Shown in pieces: positions 14,901 through 27,488 of a stretch of 64,000 bases of DNA. Made by a program: the position numbers and the translations under genes. Every line of letters starts with the position of its first letter. The stretch's first letter is position 1. The notes under the pieces were generated by a model that was given only the letters and a program-made list of their open reading frames with translations, made no database searches and was not told the DNA's origin. The stretch is taken from contig NMRA01000032.1 of the NCBI GenBank assembly GCA_002633005.1, positions 124,001 through 188,000 on the forward strand, written 5' to 3'. This DNA comes from Phoronis australis. Its lineage: Eukaryota > Animalia > Phoronida.

Positions 14901-17900
14901 GCACTGCGGAAGTTTTGAACATGTTCAAAGTTTTCGCCGTGCCACCTCGAAGGTCCGCGGTTTTCAGTTTTCCGCGGTGCTACGGCGATCAATGGTGGAA
15001 GCACTGCGGAACCACGGCGACCATGGGGGTGCCACTGCGGTTTATACCGTACAAGCACCGAAGTGGCACCGCACCTCCAGTGTGACGGGGATAATACTGA
15101 CCCACCCTTCGTTAAAACTTACTGCCAATACTGAAGAGCTGACGACTCGTACGCCGATGTCAAATTCGTGGTGCCGTTGAAATCACCGACAAAGCTAGAC
15201 CAGTTTGTGAGCAGCAAAGTCTCGTTTGAGGCGAGAGAATGGTTGCCGTCTTTTCTGTACACGCAAAAGTCAGTGTTCCAGTCGTTGTTACAACTGCCCC
15301 ACGGGAGGGCGCTGGTGAATGACACAGCCATATAGTAAAGGGTCCAAGTGAGGATGATATTGTAATAAATGCACACCACTGCGCAAAGACACACCATACC
15401 CCATCCGATACCTGAAAACATCAGTGCATGTTGTTACATGTAAGACCTAATAGTCAAGACAAATCTGGAGATAACATTACAAAGAAATATATGCGTACTC
15501 ATAGGAACTTTCAAGAGAGTCGGGCGTGCGTTTCCGAAAACACAAGATCACTCAAGAATTTGCGTGATATCCTCATGTATTACAAGAGAAGGAGGTGATC
15601 ACACTAGCTTCGTGAGATTCTTGAGCCTAAGAAACTCGAGCGGAGTGTACCAAAACAATCAACAGATACATCATCACTCATAAGTTATCTTCCACAGTAA
15701 TTACTGAACGTCTTAACACGATTATGCATGATTCATGATTGTCAAACGGGCTTTATCTCGAAAAAGAGTACAACTATATGTAGGAATGTACGTGTACTGT
15801 TTCAATTCATTGAGAAATTTTGCCAACAACGGTTTGCCTAAGTAATTGATTTTAAGAAAGCTTTTGACTCCTTTAGCATTTAGGATATATATTGTAGAAA
15901 AACTCTATCCTGATAAATTTTAGTTGTTCCATTAGGCACTGGGTTGATGTGTGAAGCTATGGGTTGAAACCAATAGCATCCGCCATGCTTGTTTGATAGT
16001 CGACTGGAGTTGGCCAGGGTGACCTTTTAGCTCCTTGTCCATTTATCGCAGTATTGGTGCTGAGACTAAGGCTCTCGTAATCAGACATGAAATTCATGTA
16101 AAGGGCATAAAAACTGGCGACAAGGAATTCTGTACATCTCATATTTGGGTGATATTTCAATGACATTAGATGTTTCCCAAGTTTCATTGCTGTTTGCCGT
16201 GAATGAATTGAAAACATTTGCCAATTTTTCAAGCCTTCACGGCAATATCGAAATAACGAACTAAATGCTGCTTGGCGGGGTGCAAAACTAAACAAAAGGA
16301 CAACTTTAGCACGAAAGAAAGCCTTTCATGGAAAAACAGACTTTCACTTGCCTTAGAGTACAATTCCAAGTTTACCAGCAACACACGTTAAAATTGCCAA
16401 AATTACTACACACGTATTCATACATTATCTTTACCCTGAACCTCAGGACCTACGGTGTTGTTAGCTATATTATTAGCATCGATATTCACTCACAATCCAT
16501 CTTTGAAGAACGACAAAATTCCGTCGACAATTGATATTTTGTAAGCGTAATTTCTTTTTGCTCACATCCATGTGATCAAAACAAAGGTAAATAATTCAAC
16601 TAGAGTAAGAAAACATGCCGTATGTTTCTTGAACAGTGACTTAAACAGTACACACCATGGATTTTTGCACATTTTGAATTACCGGTGGCCACAAACTAAA
16701 TGTATGACGTAAAATTTAGCTAAATCCATGTTTATTTTGTGTAATTAGCTCGAAATTTTGATTTTTCTTTCAATTTTGCGAATTTTCAAATTTCCCGCCA
16801 TGCGACGTCATGGTTTGAACACAAGAGATCAGTGACTAGCATTGAACAATGGCGGAGAGCAGTGAATTTGAAAGCAACGACGATTATGAGCAAGAATTGA
16901 ATGAATACTATGAAGAAACGTACGGGAATGGTGGCCAGGATGACGAAATGGGGTTACACGAAAGCGAGAACAAGTTTGATGTGCTTCCGGCTGCGTATTT
17001 TTCTACTTTGAGCCTTACGAACTGGATCCTCCCGCGAGAGAAGCGGCCTCGGGCTCGGCGAGTCAACCCAGTCATCCAAAAGACAATCCTGAATTAAGGG
17101 CCGATGTTTCTGAATGATAAATATTGTCCTTTATTGAACCAGTCCTTCATCGTAACATCTCCTGTGACTGGAGTCGAAACACGAGTCCTCAAAGTGGGCA
17201 GAACACAGAGTGGCCCCGGACAGAATCGCTTGGTCAACGATGAGGTCCCACACTCTCGTTTGGCGCATGAAGCGATGGCACTTCTGCGCAACTTTGGTGT
17301 CCTTCGGAACACCGAGACGTTCTCCGCCTGGCTGCTGTTGCTGCAGCCTCCGGAAACACATTTTTTGATCCCTCTACGAACCTTCTCGACGCTAAATGTA
17401 CTTTGCTTTCACTTCACTCTTAATTGTCTCTGATCCGAACAGTATGGCAAACGACTAGGGTTCAACCCATGACGTTGTACATAATTATTGTTTTTTTCAA
17501 TTTTTGCGTTTTTCTGTATGAGCTATGCACTAAAGGCACTGAAATCAAGTAAGATATAATAATAAAATTTATTTTGAGGTACTCAGGCTAGAGTCATGTT
17601 GTGTACACTTTAAGACAGAAATTTTGTCTTACGCTACCATTCCACAATTGCAAAATAAAGGTTCAGTCATGTAATAATCAGATCACTGCCTGGAAATAAT
17701 TTGTACAGTTTTTCCCAGTAAGTATCAGATACTCTGCTCTTTAGCTAAAGTGACTTTGAATTATTTTCCAGAAATACATCTAGTTAAGTGGAGCGTAAGA
17801 TCAAAGCTCTGAGGTCTGAAGTCATGAAACAGAACCCTGGTCACTCACCAGTCTTTAGTTTTATTATCACGTAGCATAAATCATAAATTATTACACAACA

Positions 17901-20361
17901 TTATTATGAAACTGTGGACCAGCAGATATCGAGGGCGATGCGAGAGGTTAATGAGGGGAGAGATAAGATAAGCCCGAATCAATACGTCTGCTTTCACATG
18001 GAGATTCCTAGTTTTGTCGTATGAGAGCGCTTTGGCTGAGCGTGCGCGTCGTAACACAACCCTGATGATACACGTAAAAATCATTCACTCGCTACCTTCA
18101 AAAATGAGCATCATATTCGCATTCATTAGTTGATGAATGCAAAGCTATAAAAAGTCATTGAATCATTAACAAATACACGGACAGGAACAGGTCACGATAA
18201 TATGCCCACAAACATAATGAAACAATAGGTGACATTAAAACCAACATGTCTGCTTTATTCCTTCCCAACTACTCCCCTTGCCTTCCTCACTCCGCCATCC
18301 CTCGTTCCTGCTCTTCCGGTTCACGAAAGAGCACAGAATCGGGTTCAGTAGCGTTAGAACATGTACCTTGCTAGAAAAGCAAGATCTCGCGATAATCCGG
18401 GAGATATCGCTGTGTATTATCTGTAAGAGCTCGTAATTTTGGCTAGATTTTTCTCGCCGCGAGACAGCTATTGGTCTCTACCCTTGAGATGACAACTTGC
18501 AAGGCAGCTGCTATGATGACCTAGATAACCTCGTGAACAAAAGCCGACAAGACTCTCTCGGTAAAATCCAGAAGGGTTCTAATCTCATAGAGTGGAAACA
18601 CTAAGCTTACACAAAATTGTTCTATAAAATGTCACTTGGATGAGAAATCATACATTAGCTGATGCTCATCCCGTCTAGTACCAGAAGAAACTCCCTACAA
18701 CTCAGATCATCAAAATTCATCTCACTGAATGGCAATCGTTAAATATCAAGCTACATTTTGATAGAGGCCCTGTACACTATGATTATACAGAAACGTTATT
18801 TATATAACAGTCAGCTGATGTCAGGTTGTGAGCTCTTACATTTACAATATGACGCACAAAGAAGGTTTCATTGTGGTTATGGAAGTTGGTCTTGCGCCAT
18901 GCACATCTGTTACACTTAAGGAAGTTTTTGATTTTCGTGTCCTTGGAGTATTGAATTCTCTTATCGTTATCAGTAACATTTAAAGATGAAATCAACGAGG
19001 TTATGGGTCAAAAGATGTCAGATGGGGTTAATAGGTAGTTCAAACAAGGTTCACCTGTCCTCATAGTTTCCAGTTAAAATGGTTGACGGCCGACTCAAAC
19101 GTCTTGCAAAATGAACGTACCTCGAAAAAGTGGACTGATTCTCCAAATGCCTATGGTTCCCTGACTGGTGAACTGTCCCAATGACATCTCGAGGTAGACC
19201 AGAGGCATTCCACACAAGACGAGAAATGTGAGGTAAGGAATTAGGAAAGCACCTGTGTGAAAAATACGAAGTATTATTGCATGATTATACGTGAAATTTC
19301 ACTGCTTCACATCTACGTTATGACTTCATATGCGTCTACAAATCGTGGAAGAGGCCAACTGCCTGGGTCCGTAAGCAGTAGTACACGTACTTCGCACCAG
19401 ACTGGTGCGACGTTTGCGTGCAAGTCCGGTGAAACCCCAACATTTGGAGTGTAAGGACAACTACAAGGGACGTGCTTCATTTTTGAAAATACCATCTTTT
19501 CGTATTGTCTCAATATGATGGTTGTTTTGTAGACGTTTAATTTTTATCAAAAGCTTATACATTGAATTAAATTTGGAAAAAAAACCCTTTTGGTCTGTCT
19601 TTTTTAACATTACAGTCGCCAATAAGACACGTAACTGTCCTGGACCGTGTGGGTGAGACCTAAACGTGAACCATTTGGTAACTACTTTCATACTACAAGG
19701 CACAACATAGCTTCTTAGGGATCCCGGGCACCAAGTCACCCATGAACAGCACACGTTATCTCCCATACAATATTCTAACGGAATAACCCGGAAACAGGTC
19801 TGGTTGCAGCTCCTATCTTTTCGATTCAAATGCTCTCCAGTCGAAGTAATACGGTTTACAGATTCGTGCACGTCATTGCATGAGGAAGGCAGTGTGGCCT
19901 AGTGTGACTGTGCCCGCCTTCCTTACTCGAAGTCGTGGGTTCGAGTCCCACTGGGCCACACTGCTAGACCCTTGGGTCAGTTCTCTAGCTCCTCAGCTCG
20001 GTTATAACTCTAGCTTAATATATGAAACACAGGCTCGGCTTGTAGATTTACACGAATCCGCCAAAACTACTTTTGTTTCGCCAAGTAGGTTATTGGACAC
20101 TGTGAGCCCAACCTTCCTTCCATCGAAATCGGACTATCACAATTCCTGAACAGTTAACCCTAGATTACCTCCACCATTTCGGTAGCACAAGTACGGGAAT
20201 CTCCAAATGTTCCCCAACCCAACAGCATACCCCACGCACGAGAGTACAAATTCAGCCCGCGAGGACCAGTTTCCACGCGCATTATTGGCGTACTCCGTCG
20301 AAACTGCTTGTATGCCGTCGTTACTGAGGCATTTTTCCGCTTCTTCGGATTTATCAGGCAT
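2992..20361 (-). CDS. SLC6 (neurotransmitter:sodium symporter) Na+/Cl--dependent amino-acid transporter, glycine-transporter-like; 3'-partial
   Basis: Exons with GT-AG ends and consistent phase: 20361-20169 (MPDK...[35 protein letters not shown]), 19252-19121 ([28 protein letters not shown]...), 15411-15123 (GIGWGM...YYNIILTW...[15 protein letters not shown]), 8157-8025 (HVLQITDGI...KGIKSSGK), 7258-7124 ([10 protein letters not shown]), 6429-6201 ([27 protein letters not shown]), 5814-5702 ([13 protein letters not shown]...GLDTQ), 4238-4107 ([15 protein letters not shown]), 3091-2992 ([12 protein letters not shown]...WIYG). These are canonical SNF-family motifs. TM11-12 exons were not found in 1-2991. 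Confidence 0.95.
3335..3748. mobile_element. MITE family copy A
   Basis: Inverted ends GTCCCAAATAGGGACTCA..CCCTAAATCTT / AAGATTTAGGG..GAGTCCCGTTTTGGGAC. The interior (GAATTCCCAATATTACCGAAAATAAATAGGGATCTTTTCATG) is shared with the copy at about 27110-27488. Confidence 0.65.
6050..6112. other. Assembly gap (44 N) followed by a C19 homopolymer
   Basis: N run 6050-6093 and poly-C 6094-6112, inside an SLC6 intron. Confidence 0.98.
7362..7690 (+). mobile_element. Penelope-like retroelement 3' remnant (GIY-YIG endonuclease C-terminal part)
   Basis: Decayed translation [29 protein letters not shown]...[30 protein letters not shown] resembles the SAxxxH...H...ILDxExxWFxRGVKEAI..P.LN pattern of Penelope-like elements. 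Confidence 0.65.
8478..8781. repeat. Perfect 142-bp inverted duplication around a single N
   Basis: 8478-8619 is the reverse complement of 8640-8781. The 20-nt spacer contains the N at 8639. Confidence 0.9.
8783..9032. repeat. ~50-bp GC-rich unit array (direct then inverted copies); related array at 12040-12185
   Basis: The unit GGAAGGCGGCC..AGCGGGGCC..TATATTAATAT is repeated, then inverted. Confidence 0.6.
9062..9960. repeat. Complex array of direct and inverted diverged units
   Basis: Recurring GCTAATCAGCGATTCTTCACCTTTAGAA.ACTAGGGGCGCTAC..AGAATGACGGGCTACCC in alternating orientations. Confidence 0.65.
10490..10552 (+). repeat. Degenerate (GAT/GAC)n trinucleotide repeat
   Basis: gatgatgatgacaatgatgacgacgatgac... 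Confidence 0.7.
10820..11560 (+). mobile_element. Non-LTR retrotransposon (CR1/L2-like) ORF2 3' remnant
   Basis: Broken frames give [47 protein letters not shown] and [13 protein letters not shown], which are typical post-RT motifs. Confidence 0.75.
12040..12185. repeat. Second copy of the ~50-bp GC-rich unit foldback
   Basis: GGAAGGCGGTCGGAGAGCGGGGC..TATATTAATA ... GCCCCGCTCTCCGTCCATCTTCC. Confidence 0.55.
14780..15093. mobile_element. GC-rich partial non-autonomous DNA transposon, possibly Harbinger-like
   Basis: Abrupt GC-rich block with repeated CACTGCGG/CGCGG units, a central palindrome TTTGAACATGTTCAAA and a terminus CAGTGTGACGGGG. Confidence 0.4.
15680..15955 (+). mobile_element. Non-LTR retrotransposon RT fragment (L1/Tx1-like)
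   Basis: Decayed ERLNTIM...HDCQTGFI...IDFKKAFDS motifs. Confidence 0.55.
16641..17613. mobile_element. Internally deleted Kolobok-like DNA transposon (TTAA flanks, THAP remnant plus convergent acidic ORF)
   Basis: TTAA at 16641-44 and 17610-13 border imperfect TIRs (ACAGTACACACCATG / CATGTTGTGTACACT). It contains a minus-strand THAP fragment and a plus-strand acidic ORF starting at 16849. Confidence 0.65.
17131..17370 (-). pseudogene. Frameshifted THAP (C2CH) zinc-finger domain, transposase N-terminus
   Basis: [18 protein letters not shown], then a frameshift, then [13 protein letters not shown]...[13 protein letters not shown]. This gives the CxxxxC...P...CSxHF THAP signature. Confidence 0.8.
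19884..20020 (+). mobile_element. tRNA-derived SINE remnant
   Basis: Pol III A-box-like TGGCCTAGTG and B-box GGTTCGAGTCCC, followed by a non-tRNA body. A second copy is at about 25244. Confidence 0.6.
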
Positions 20362-23300
20362 GCTCCTGGAGATATTTGGTCCCGAACACTGTGACAGTTC
20401 AGTTTTAGGAATTTTCCTGTCGATTTATCAACCTGTCAATATCTACGATTTGGCCGCGCCTTCAGTTGTGGGTTAAGTGTTTCATGGATTAAATGATAAC
20501 GCCAATTTACGATCAACGAATCCGGATTTCCGCCAATAAGCACCCAGACCGACGCTGGACAACATTCGACTGGCTGTACGCTGCCGAATCAGAAGACCGC
20601 ATCAATGTCACCCCTCTAGCAATCATGAACCCGGCCATTTAGGATTGATATTAATGCAAGAGTCAGAGTACATGTATCACGCTACTCTGCTGGTCTACAA
20701 AATATCAAGAATAGCATTCATAAATGTTAAATGGATCTACATGTAAACTTGCCAAATAACAGTAACACTCTGACACGAAGACTGTTTTAAAACCTGCCTT
20801 AACTAGAATGCGCATCTTTACTTACACGTGGCTCTTTGCGACACCTGCTCAGTTAACTGTACTCTCAAGCGACTCCGGCCTTAGCACCAAGCGATGATTT
20901 GAGCGCATCTGTCGGCGGCTAAGAGACACTTGGTCAGCTATAGGGACTGAACACTTTACAACTTTTTCCACTTAACATTGCGAAATGGAGCGTGGTGATG
21001 CTTTAATGATACATCAGTGAAGTGATTAATTATATTTTGAGTCTAAACTTAACCGTAACGCGTCTCTGCAGTGTTAAAGGTGCTTTTCGCCGCTCGTGTT
21101 TATTACGGCAGAATAATTTGTTACGGCAAAACGGAATTCGTAATTTTAGAGTTGGCTAAACCCAATAAACACCGAGGTGTTTTGTCGACTCACTGATGAT
21201 TTCCATGTTTGGTTTGATACCGAAAGTAGTATTCTATTACGGCAGTGTTATTGAGACTAGTTTTATGAGCTTAATGACTTTCATCCAAAAATGGATAAAA
21301 ATCTATTTTTCTTTTTTGGCGGCTAAATACTTAGAAATACAATTTTAAGTAAAAATAACTAAATATGTTTCAATTCTATAAACAATCGACGTGTTTAAAT
21401 GATTTATGCTCTTTTTGCAGAGAACACAGTGAAATCGTTCTTCATCCGGTTCTTAAATATCTTTGGCTCCCGTTTGTCGCTCTTGTTTACTAACCTGTGG
21501 ATGGACTAACAGCGTGTCTTGGTCGTTTGGGATAGTGTGCCATCTGTTGGCCACGCTAGCAAATGTTCGTTAACTTGGTCACGTTACATCATGAAGAATA
21601 TGTGGTGTTTCTCGATTAGTGATTAAATGTCACTCGTGGCGAACAATGTATTGTATTGTTAGCTGCTTCGTGTGACTTGTGAGTATTCATGTCAGCGCCA
21701 AATAAATGTATTTACAAAAATTATTTATTAATTCTCCGGATTACCAGACAATATCCTCTGGCTAGCACTTATAAAGATGTCCTTTTGCAGTTCAACTGGC
21801 GTGCAAAGGGATGTTTGAGCGTGGTAAGAGCTTTTACGGTGCGTGGTAAGTGTTTCATGTGAGAAAGAAAAGTCGGTTTAGCTTCGTGGTAAGAGTTTAT
21901 TTTCGCCCGAAGAATTTTGACATCGAGGATATTCTTCCACTACGTGTTTCAGTGAGGTTGCTACATGTATTTGTGGGGCAAAAAGTTGGACTAATACGCT
22001 TTTGAAACATATTCGAAGAGCCACCATAAAACAAGTATTAGAAAGAGCCGATATTTATATTTTAGGAAAAACGACACCGGCAGTTCCGAAGATTCCCCAT
22101 AGGCACACGTGTTCTGTAGCCTGAATATATTACGTGTAACTCTCACTTACTGTATGACGACTAATCTTCACTAGTATAACAAAAACATTAACTTATATCC
22201 CAAGATTTATGAAGTTTTATCCCGTAATTCAACATTTCAAACTCACCGGCCAGTTACAACAGTTGCTGCCACTTTACTAGGTTACGGTAGGCTCCCGAGC
22301 ATACATGTACGCATGACGTATGAACAATCGCCTTTCAGTGGCAGGGTGTTCCATCGAAACAAGAACCCCGGTGTAAAGCAGATATCGCACAGTCGAAACC
22401 AGACTCCTTCACCTTCAAAACAGTAAAGCAGCTCGAAAAAACACGAACTACCTTTAAAGCAGGAAATCCCTTAATCGGACAGGAAACCCGGGCAATTATC
22501 TCAAACTTTGAGTTAAAGTATCTTCAAGTACTTTCCAGTTTCTTTCTGCATTTTAGTTAAAAGTGTCAATAATAAGACGTAATACATATTACACATTCAT
22601 AAAAGCCAAGCATCAAATTCTACAGGACTTTTACTTTTATCGAGTTAAACTCCCTACTTTTCTGCAGCAGATATCTTAGATAAGTTGTCGATAGTGTCCT
22701 ACATATATCAAGGATACTAAACCTAGTTTTGAACCTTTGACATTAGCAACGACTTTCCCATCAAGTTCTCTGAACAAAACAAAGCAGTGCTGTTAAGCCT
22801 GGTTGAACCTTGACCTCACTTTTATCGTTACTAGGGAACAGAACGAGGATTGCTTGAAAACACCAAACTTACACCAGTATCCCTTAAATATATTTTTGAA
22901 ACAGACTTCAACCAAATATATTTAGATACCTTGCAATGTCAGGCGTTTTTTTAATGTTATTTGGGGCCTAAAATGGTCAAAATTGGCGGGCTAACTTCGG
23001 AATAAGACAAATAACATTTTCCCAAAAAACGCATTACAAAATATGCACGAAAAGAAATGATGATTTACAAAAGTTTACCAGCGTTTTTAACATTTTGCTG
23101 AATTTTACTAAAAACACACGAGCATATGACCTAATTAATGGGAGATTTGTAAAAAATCTAAAATCAAAACCTAAAACTTTTCAATTTTAAGAGTATATAC
23201 TATTATTGAGTTAAAATTTACAATTTTCTTAATGTTTGCTAAATACACTGAGTTGTCATATAACTTAAATGCTCCAGGACACTGTAATCCATTGAAATAG

Positions 23301-25243
23301 GTTTATTTAACTTGCAAGATGACAACTTTCTTTCGTACAATAGCTCCTACAGCGTAGGAAGTTCTCGCCAGATTTTAATCGGTAAAGCCAGATTTTTCAG
23401 CAACTCTACAGCTCCTGATATTGCGTCAGGCATGGTGATACGAACGTATGCCATTAATACAACTCCCTAATGAAGCCACTGGACCTATTGAACCTCACAA
23501 AAAACCAATCGATGAAGTGGTTTCTCAAAAAGGGAAGGTTTGACGAAACAGTATTGCTTGAAAGATACACAGTTACATTGTCGTCAAACCGAACGTAGTT
23601 TTAGAACAGCAAGCTGTAACTATGTGTTTCAGAGGGACTCTCAACTTCAAAGTTCCATAAAACTGAATGCGATTTGTTCCGGTTTTTTCCAGTTTAAAAC
23701 GGGTGAATTTTATAGCCTAATAAAACGTTCACTGACACTTGTACTCTGTCTGGTCAACACATTCACGTTCACTGAATTTTGATAAGAACAGCGCAATTTC
23801 GCCTTTACATGATGCGATTTGTCCACATGAACACGTTTTTACCAAATGCTAGATACATGAATATGAACTCTCTTAAGGTTCCAACACACTTTCTTAATCT
23901 TTAAAAACGGCAACATCGCACAAGCATCCGCACAGATAATTCAAGATCTCTTCCTGGCTCAGAGATTTATATATAATTTGTGATTCGCGGTCATTTCTGC
24001 CATTCTTAACCTTGCCATTCTTTATCTTACACGGTTCACTCAGGCGTTCTCATTAACACAATTCATTTCTTAGCTTCCTTCATCAACTAACATGTAGTTC
24101 CGTACATAGAAACTCATTTTTTCATTAACTGTTTTGAACACATAGCAATTCCTTGTCCTTAAACAGAGCCCCTCTCTAATGAGCAGCAGCATGACCGTCG
24201 TTAAAGTCAAAAGGCCGTTCTTCAAGTATCTTCCAATTCGGACTATTAATGAAAAGATTCATTTACAAAATGTATTTCCTCTTCATACATCAAAGTCGAA
24301 CATTTTACATGGTAAACCTACCCGTTTTGCCCTCCTGCCTGTTAATAGGGGTGTCAACGATGTGTTATCGCGCTAATTCTCTCATCAAAAAACAAATGCC
24401 AACCGTCAAATGCGTTTCCGAATTTAAAACGATCCTCATTACTATTTTCAAAAACATGTGTACAAATTTGTCTCTCTAGACTTGTTATGCATCGATCTAG
24501 ATTTTGTTTAGGAGCAAAGCGCGCCCCATCCAGCGATGGAGTAAATCAACGCTAAATCATGACAGTCCACGAAATGTTGTGTTCGGGAGAATAGAATGCG
24601 TATAATGAGAAAAGATCTGAGTTTGTAATAACGGAATTAAGGTTGATAAGAAAAGAAAAACAGGTCTCAAGAAAAGAACTGGTGGATGAGAAACAACGTT
24701 GTTGAATGAGAACGCTTGTGAGGAGGAAGAAAGTTGACAACTCTGACAAAACAAATCTTTTTTACCCCGCTCACAAAACTAGGTGTTTTATGAGAAACTC
24801 TCTTTCTGACAAAACTCTTGCAAGAGATTTATTAATTGAAATATCAATCTCTGAAAAGCCGGTATTGGCATGGGATGAAGAGGCTATAATACAACCGGCA
24901 GCTTTTCCACGCATCTCTCGGAGTGATCTCGTGCACTTAGTCAAAGTAAAGTGAAAGCAATATGGAACTCACCCCTTGGTCCTTGTTACCACGTCCACAA
25001 CCGCGCAGTCCAGACAATTTTAAATGGTGGTGATCTTTATTTGAATGAAGTGTGCAAATTTATTATGCAAAAACCTGGAAACTGACATCCTTAAGTTAAC
25101 TGGCCATAGAAACATGGGTGTAAAATGCAAAATACTTTGGGGTGCCTGAAACAAGTAGAACTTTGTCATATAAGTTAATAAACGTACATGTATCATCTCT
25201 TTCTCTATCTTCAGTGAAAGGATAGACTTACACAGCGTGACAG

Positions 25244-25366
25244 TGGAGGCAGTGTGGTTTCCTTTACTTAGAGTCGTGAGTTCGAGTCCCATTCGGCCAC
25301 ATTGCAGCGGCTAGATTCTAGAATCAGGTCTCTAGCCTCTCAGATCGGTTTCAACTATAATAATTA
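25244..25366 (+). mobile_element. tRNA-derived SINE remnant (second copy)
   Basis: GGAGGCAGTGTGG...GTCGTGAGTTCGAGTCCCATTCGGCCACATTGC...CTCTAGCCTCTCAGATCGGTTTCAACTATAA aligns with 19884-20020. Confidence 0.6.
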
Positions 25367-25661
25367 GTGCAATGGAGTCACTTGAGCGGACTGCGCATGT
25401 GTTGTACCAGACCTCCGGCAATAGTATACGACACAGTGTGTCATCATGCATATTAGTTACGCGTGATTTTAAAGACGTTCTTAACGTGACTCCTTTGGTC
25501 CCTGTTATCATCAGTATATTAGTATTATACACATTTAGCGTAAACTGCACGAAGTTCTTTTTCCTCTTCCTTCCTTACCTACCATTAAAGGAAGCTATAA
25601 ACGCCTTCCGTCAAAAAAATCAAATTATGATTCAGACCACTTACGGTTATGAGACTGTGTT

Positions 25662-25906
25662 TCGTTCCATTAGAAACTGACTTAAGTTGATATTTGACTA
25701 ACTTATAAGAATTTTTTGTCTTAACTTCCAAACTTTGAAAATTCCACATCCGGTTAGATAGTCAAATTTAAGACAAAACTTAAATAAAAATGTAAGTCAA
25801 ACTTAACATCTCTTTCTTGAAACCGTCTTGATAGAAATTTAAGTTTTATATTAAAATCTGTTGAACTTTAAGATTTGCCTTAGCTAAATCAGTTTTTTGG
25901 AACGGT
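25662..25906. mobile_element. Small MITE-like foldback element
   Basis: CGTTCCATTAGAAACTGACTTAAG at the left end is the imperfect reverse complement of CTAAATCAGTTTTTTGGAACG at the right end. Confidence 0.55.
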
Positions 25907-27107
25907 TAATCAAAATAGACGTGATTTCGGGGCTAAGAAAAAATGATAGTTCGCGTTATTGCTTAAACAACTTGACTTGTCACGGCTTGTCATTTGATTT
26001 GTCAGTCATGGCCTCGAGCAATTACGAACTGTTGGTAATTTGCAAGGCGAAAACCCACTTGTTATCTCATTAGGAATAAGCTGACAGTGCTAAAACAAAA
26101 CAGGCTCCCACACAAAAAGAACAAATATTGCGTTTCAAGTAAAAATCACGCGCAAGCTGTTTAGTGGAGACCCTTTCAACTAACGTTTTACGAACGCAAT
26201 GTCCAATAGTCCTTGCCCTGCTACACTATAGATGGGGAAGTTTACGTACTGGGTTAACTTCACAACACAAACCAAGATCTCAAGAATCGTGTTTGTTTTT
26301 ATAGCCGTGGTTAGCAGTTCCTTTGATTTGTTGTTTGACTAGAGTATACACGCTTCAGTAGTCTTCTTGACTACCGTCTGACAAATGCCTATGCTCGGCC
26401 CACGGATACGACCAAGGTTATCAAAACTTGCACCGTATCGTATAATTATCATTAGACAGGTAAGTTGATTAAATACCACGATGTAGAGATGATAAGAAGT
26501 GCGTAATACTTGATGCTTATTACGGCTTACGCTGAATTAACAACACCGCCCAGAAAACACGGACCACCTGCTGCTGAGGCTGAATGTTAGTAGTCTAAAT
26601 ACTGAAGGTATGTGTATGTTCATTCTTTGGTCGAAAGTTGTTCCAACATGCTACGTTCGGGAAGCTGTTTGTAGTCCTTATCTCATCAAAAGAGTAAGCT
26701 AAAAAAATTCCTGCACTTATGATTTGGGAGATATTCCTCGCAGATTGTTTTTGTTGCTTTCGGGGTTTTGAAATTGCTAATGATGTCCACTTTCCGGAAG
26801 CCTTGCAGAGTGCATCCAAGAAAATATAAAACGTCTCCAAATGCCAGATCACTTTTATGGCCTCTTTACAGAAAATTCTAGCAATACACGTACGTCTCCA
26901 CATGTAAGTATAATTTTAATGTCTTAAAGGGCATCAATTGGGTCTATGCAAAATAAGTTATCGTATTTGCGGAATGATAAATTCATACTAGACTGCCATG
27001 AAGAGGCAATTATTAACATAGTTTGTTTGGTCAAAGGATACTAAAGTTGCCCAAGGTTGTTAACTGATATAATATTCGACTAGAGTGCTTAAGTGGTCAT
27101 GTGCCTG

Positions 27108-27488
27108 ATCCCATATAGGGACTCGACCACATTCCCTAAATCTTCTATGTGTACTTCCTTAAGAAAACGTGGTTTTTCTTTCTTATGTTGTTTTAGTTTC
27201 ATTGCTAAGTCAATGTTGGACTTTGAAATAAGCCTAGAGTGGGTTCACAGTTGAATTCTCAATATTATTGAAAATGAGTAGGGATCTTTTCATGCAATGT
27301 ACCGAACTTAAAGACGAAGTACCTCTTTAGTGTCAATGAAAAATAGTCATTAGTCAACGAGAAACTCATAACAAAGATAACACGACAGAAAACGATAACA
27401 TCTGTCCTTAAAGAACGGCACAAATACGCAGAAGATTTAAGGAACTTAGATGAGTCCCTATTTTGGGACTGTTTCATGCAACCCGGCA
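27108..27488. mobile_element. MITE family copy B
   Basis: TCCCATATAGGGACTCG..CCCTAAATCTT / AAGATTTAAGG..GAGTCCCTATTTTGGGACTGTTTCATGCAA. Homologous to 3335-3748. Confidence 0.65.

Noticed and set aside
19884-19960. tRNA gene
   Set aside because: It has A/B boxes but no convincing cloverleaf, continues into a shared non-tRNA body and has a second diverged copy, so it is a SINE.
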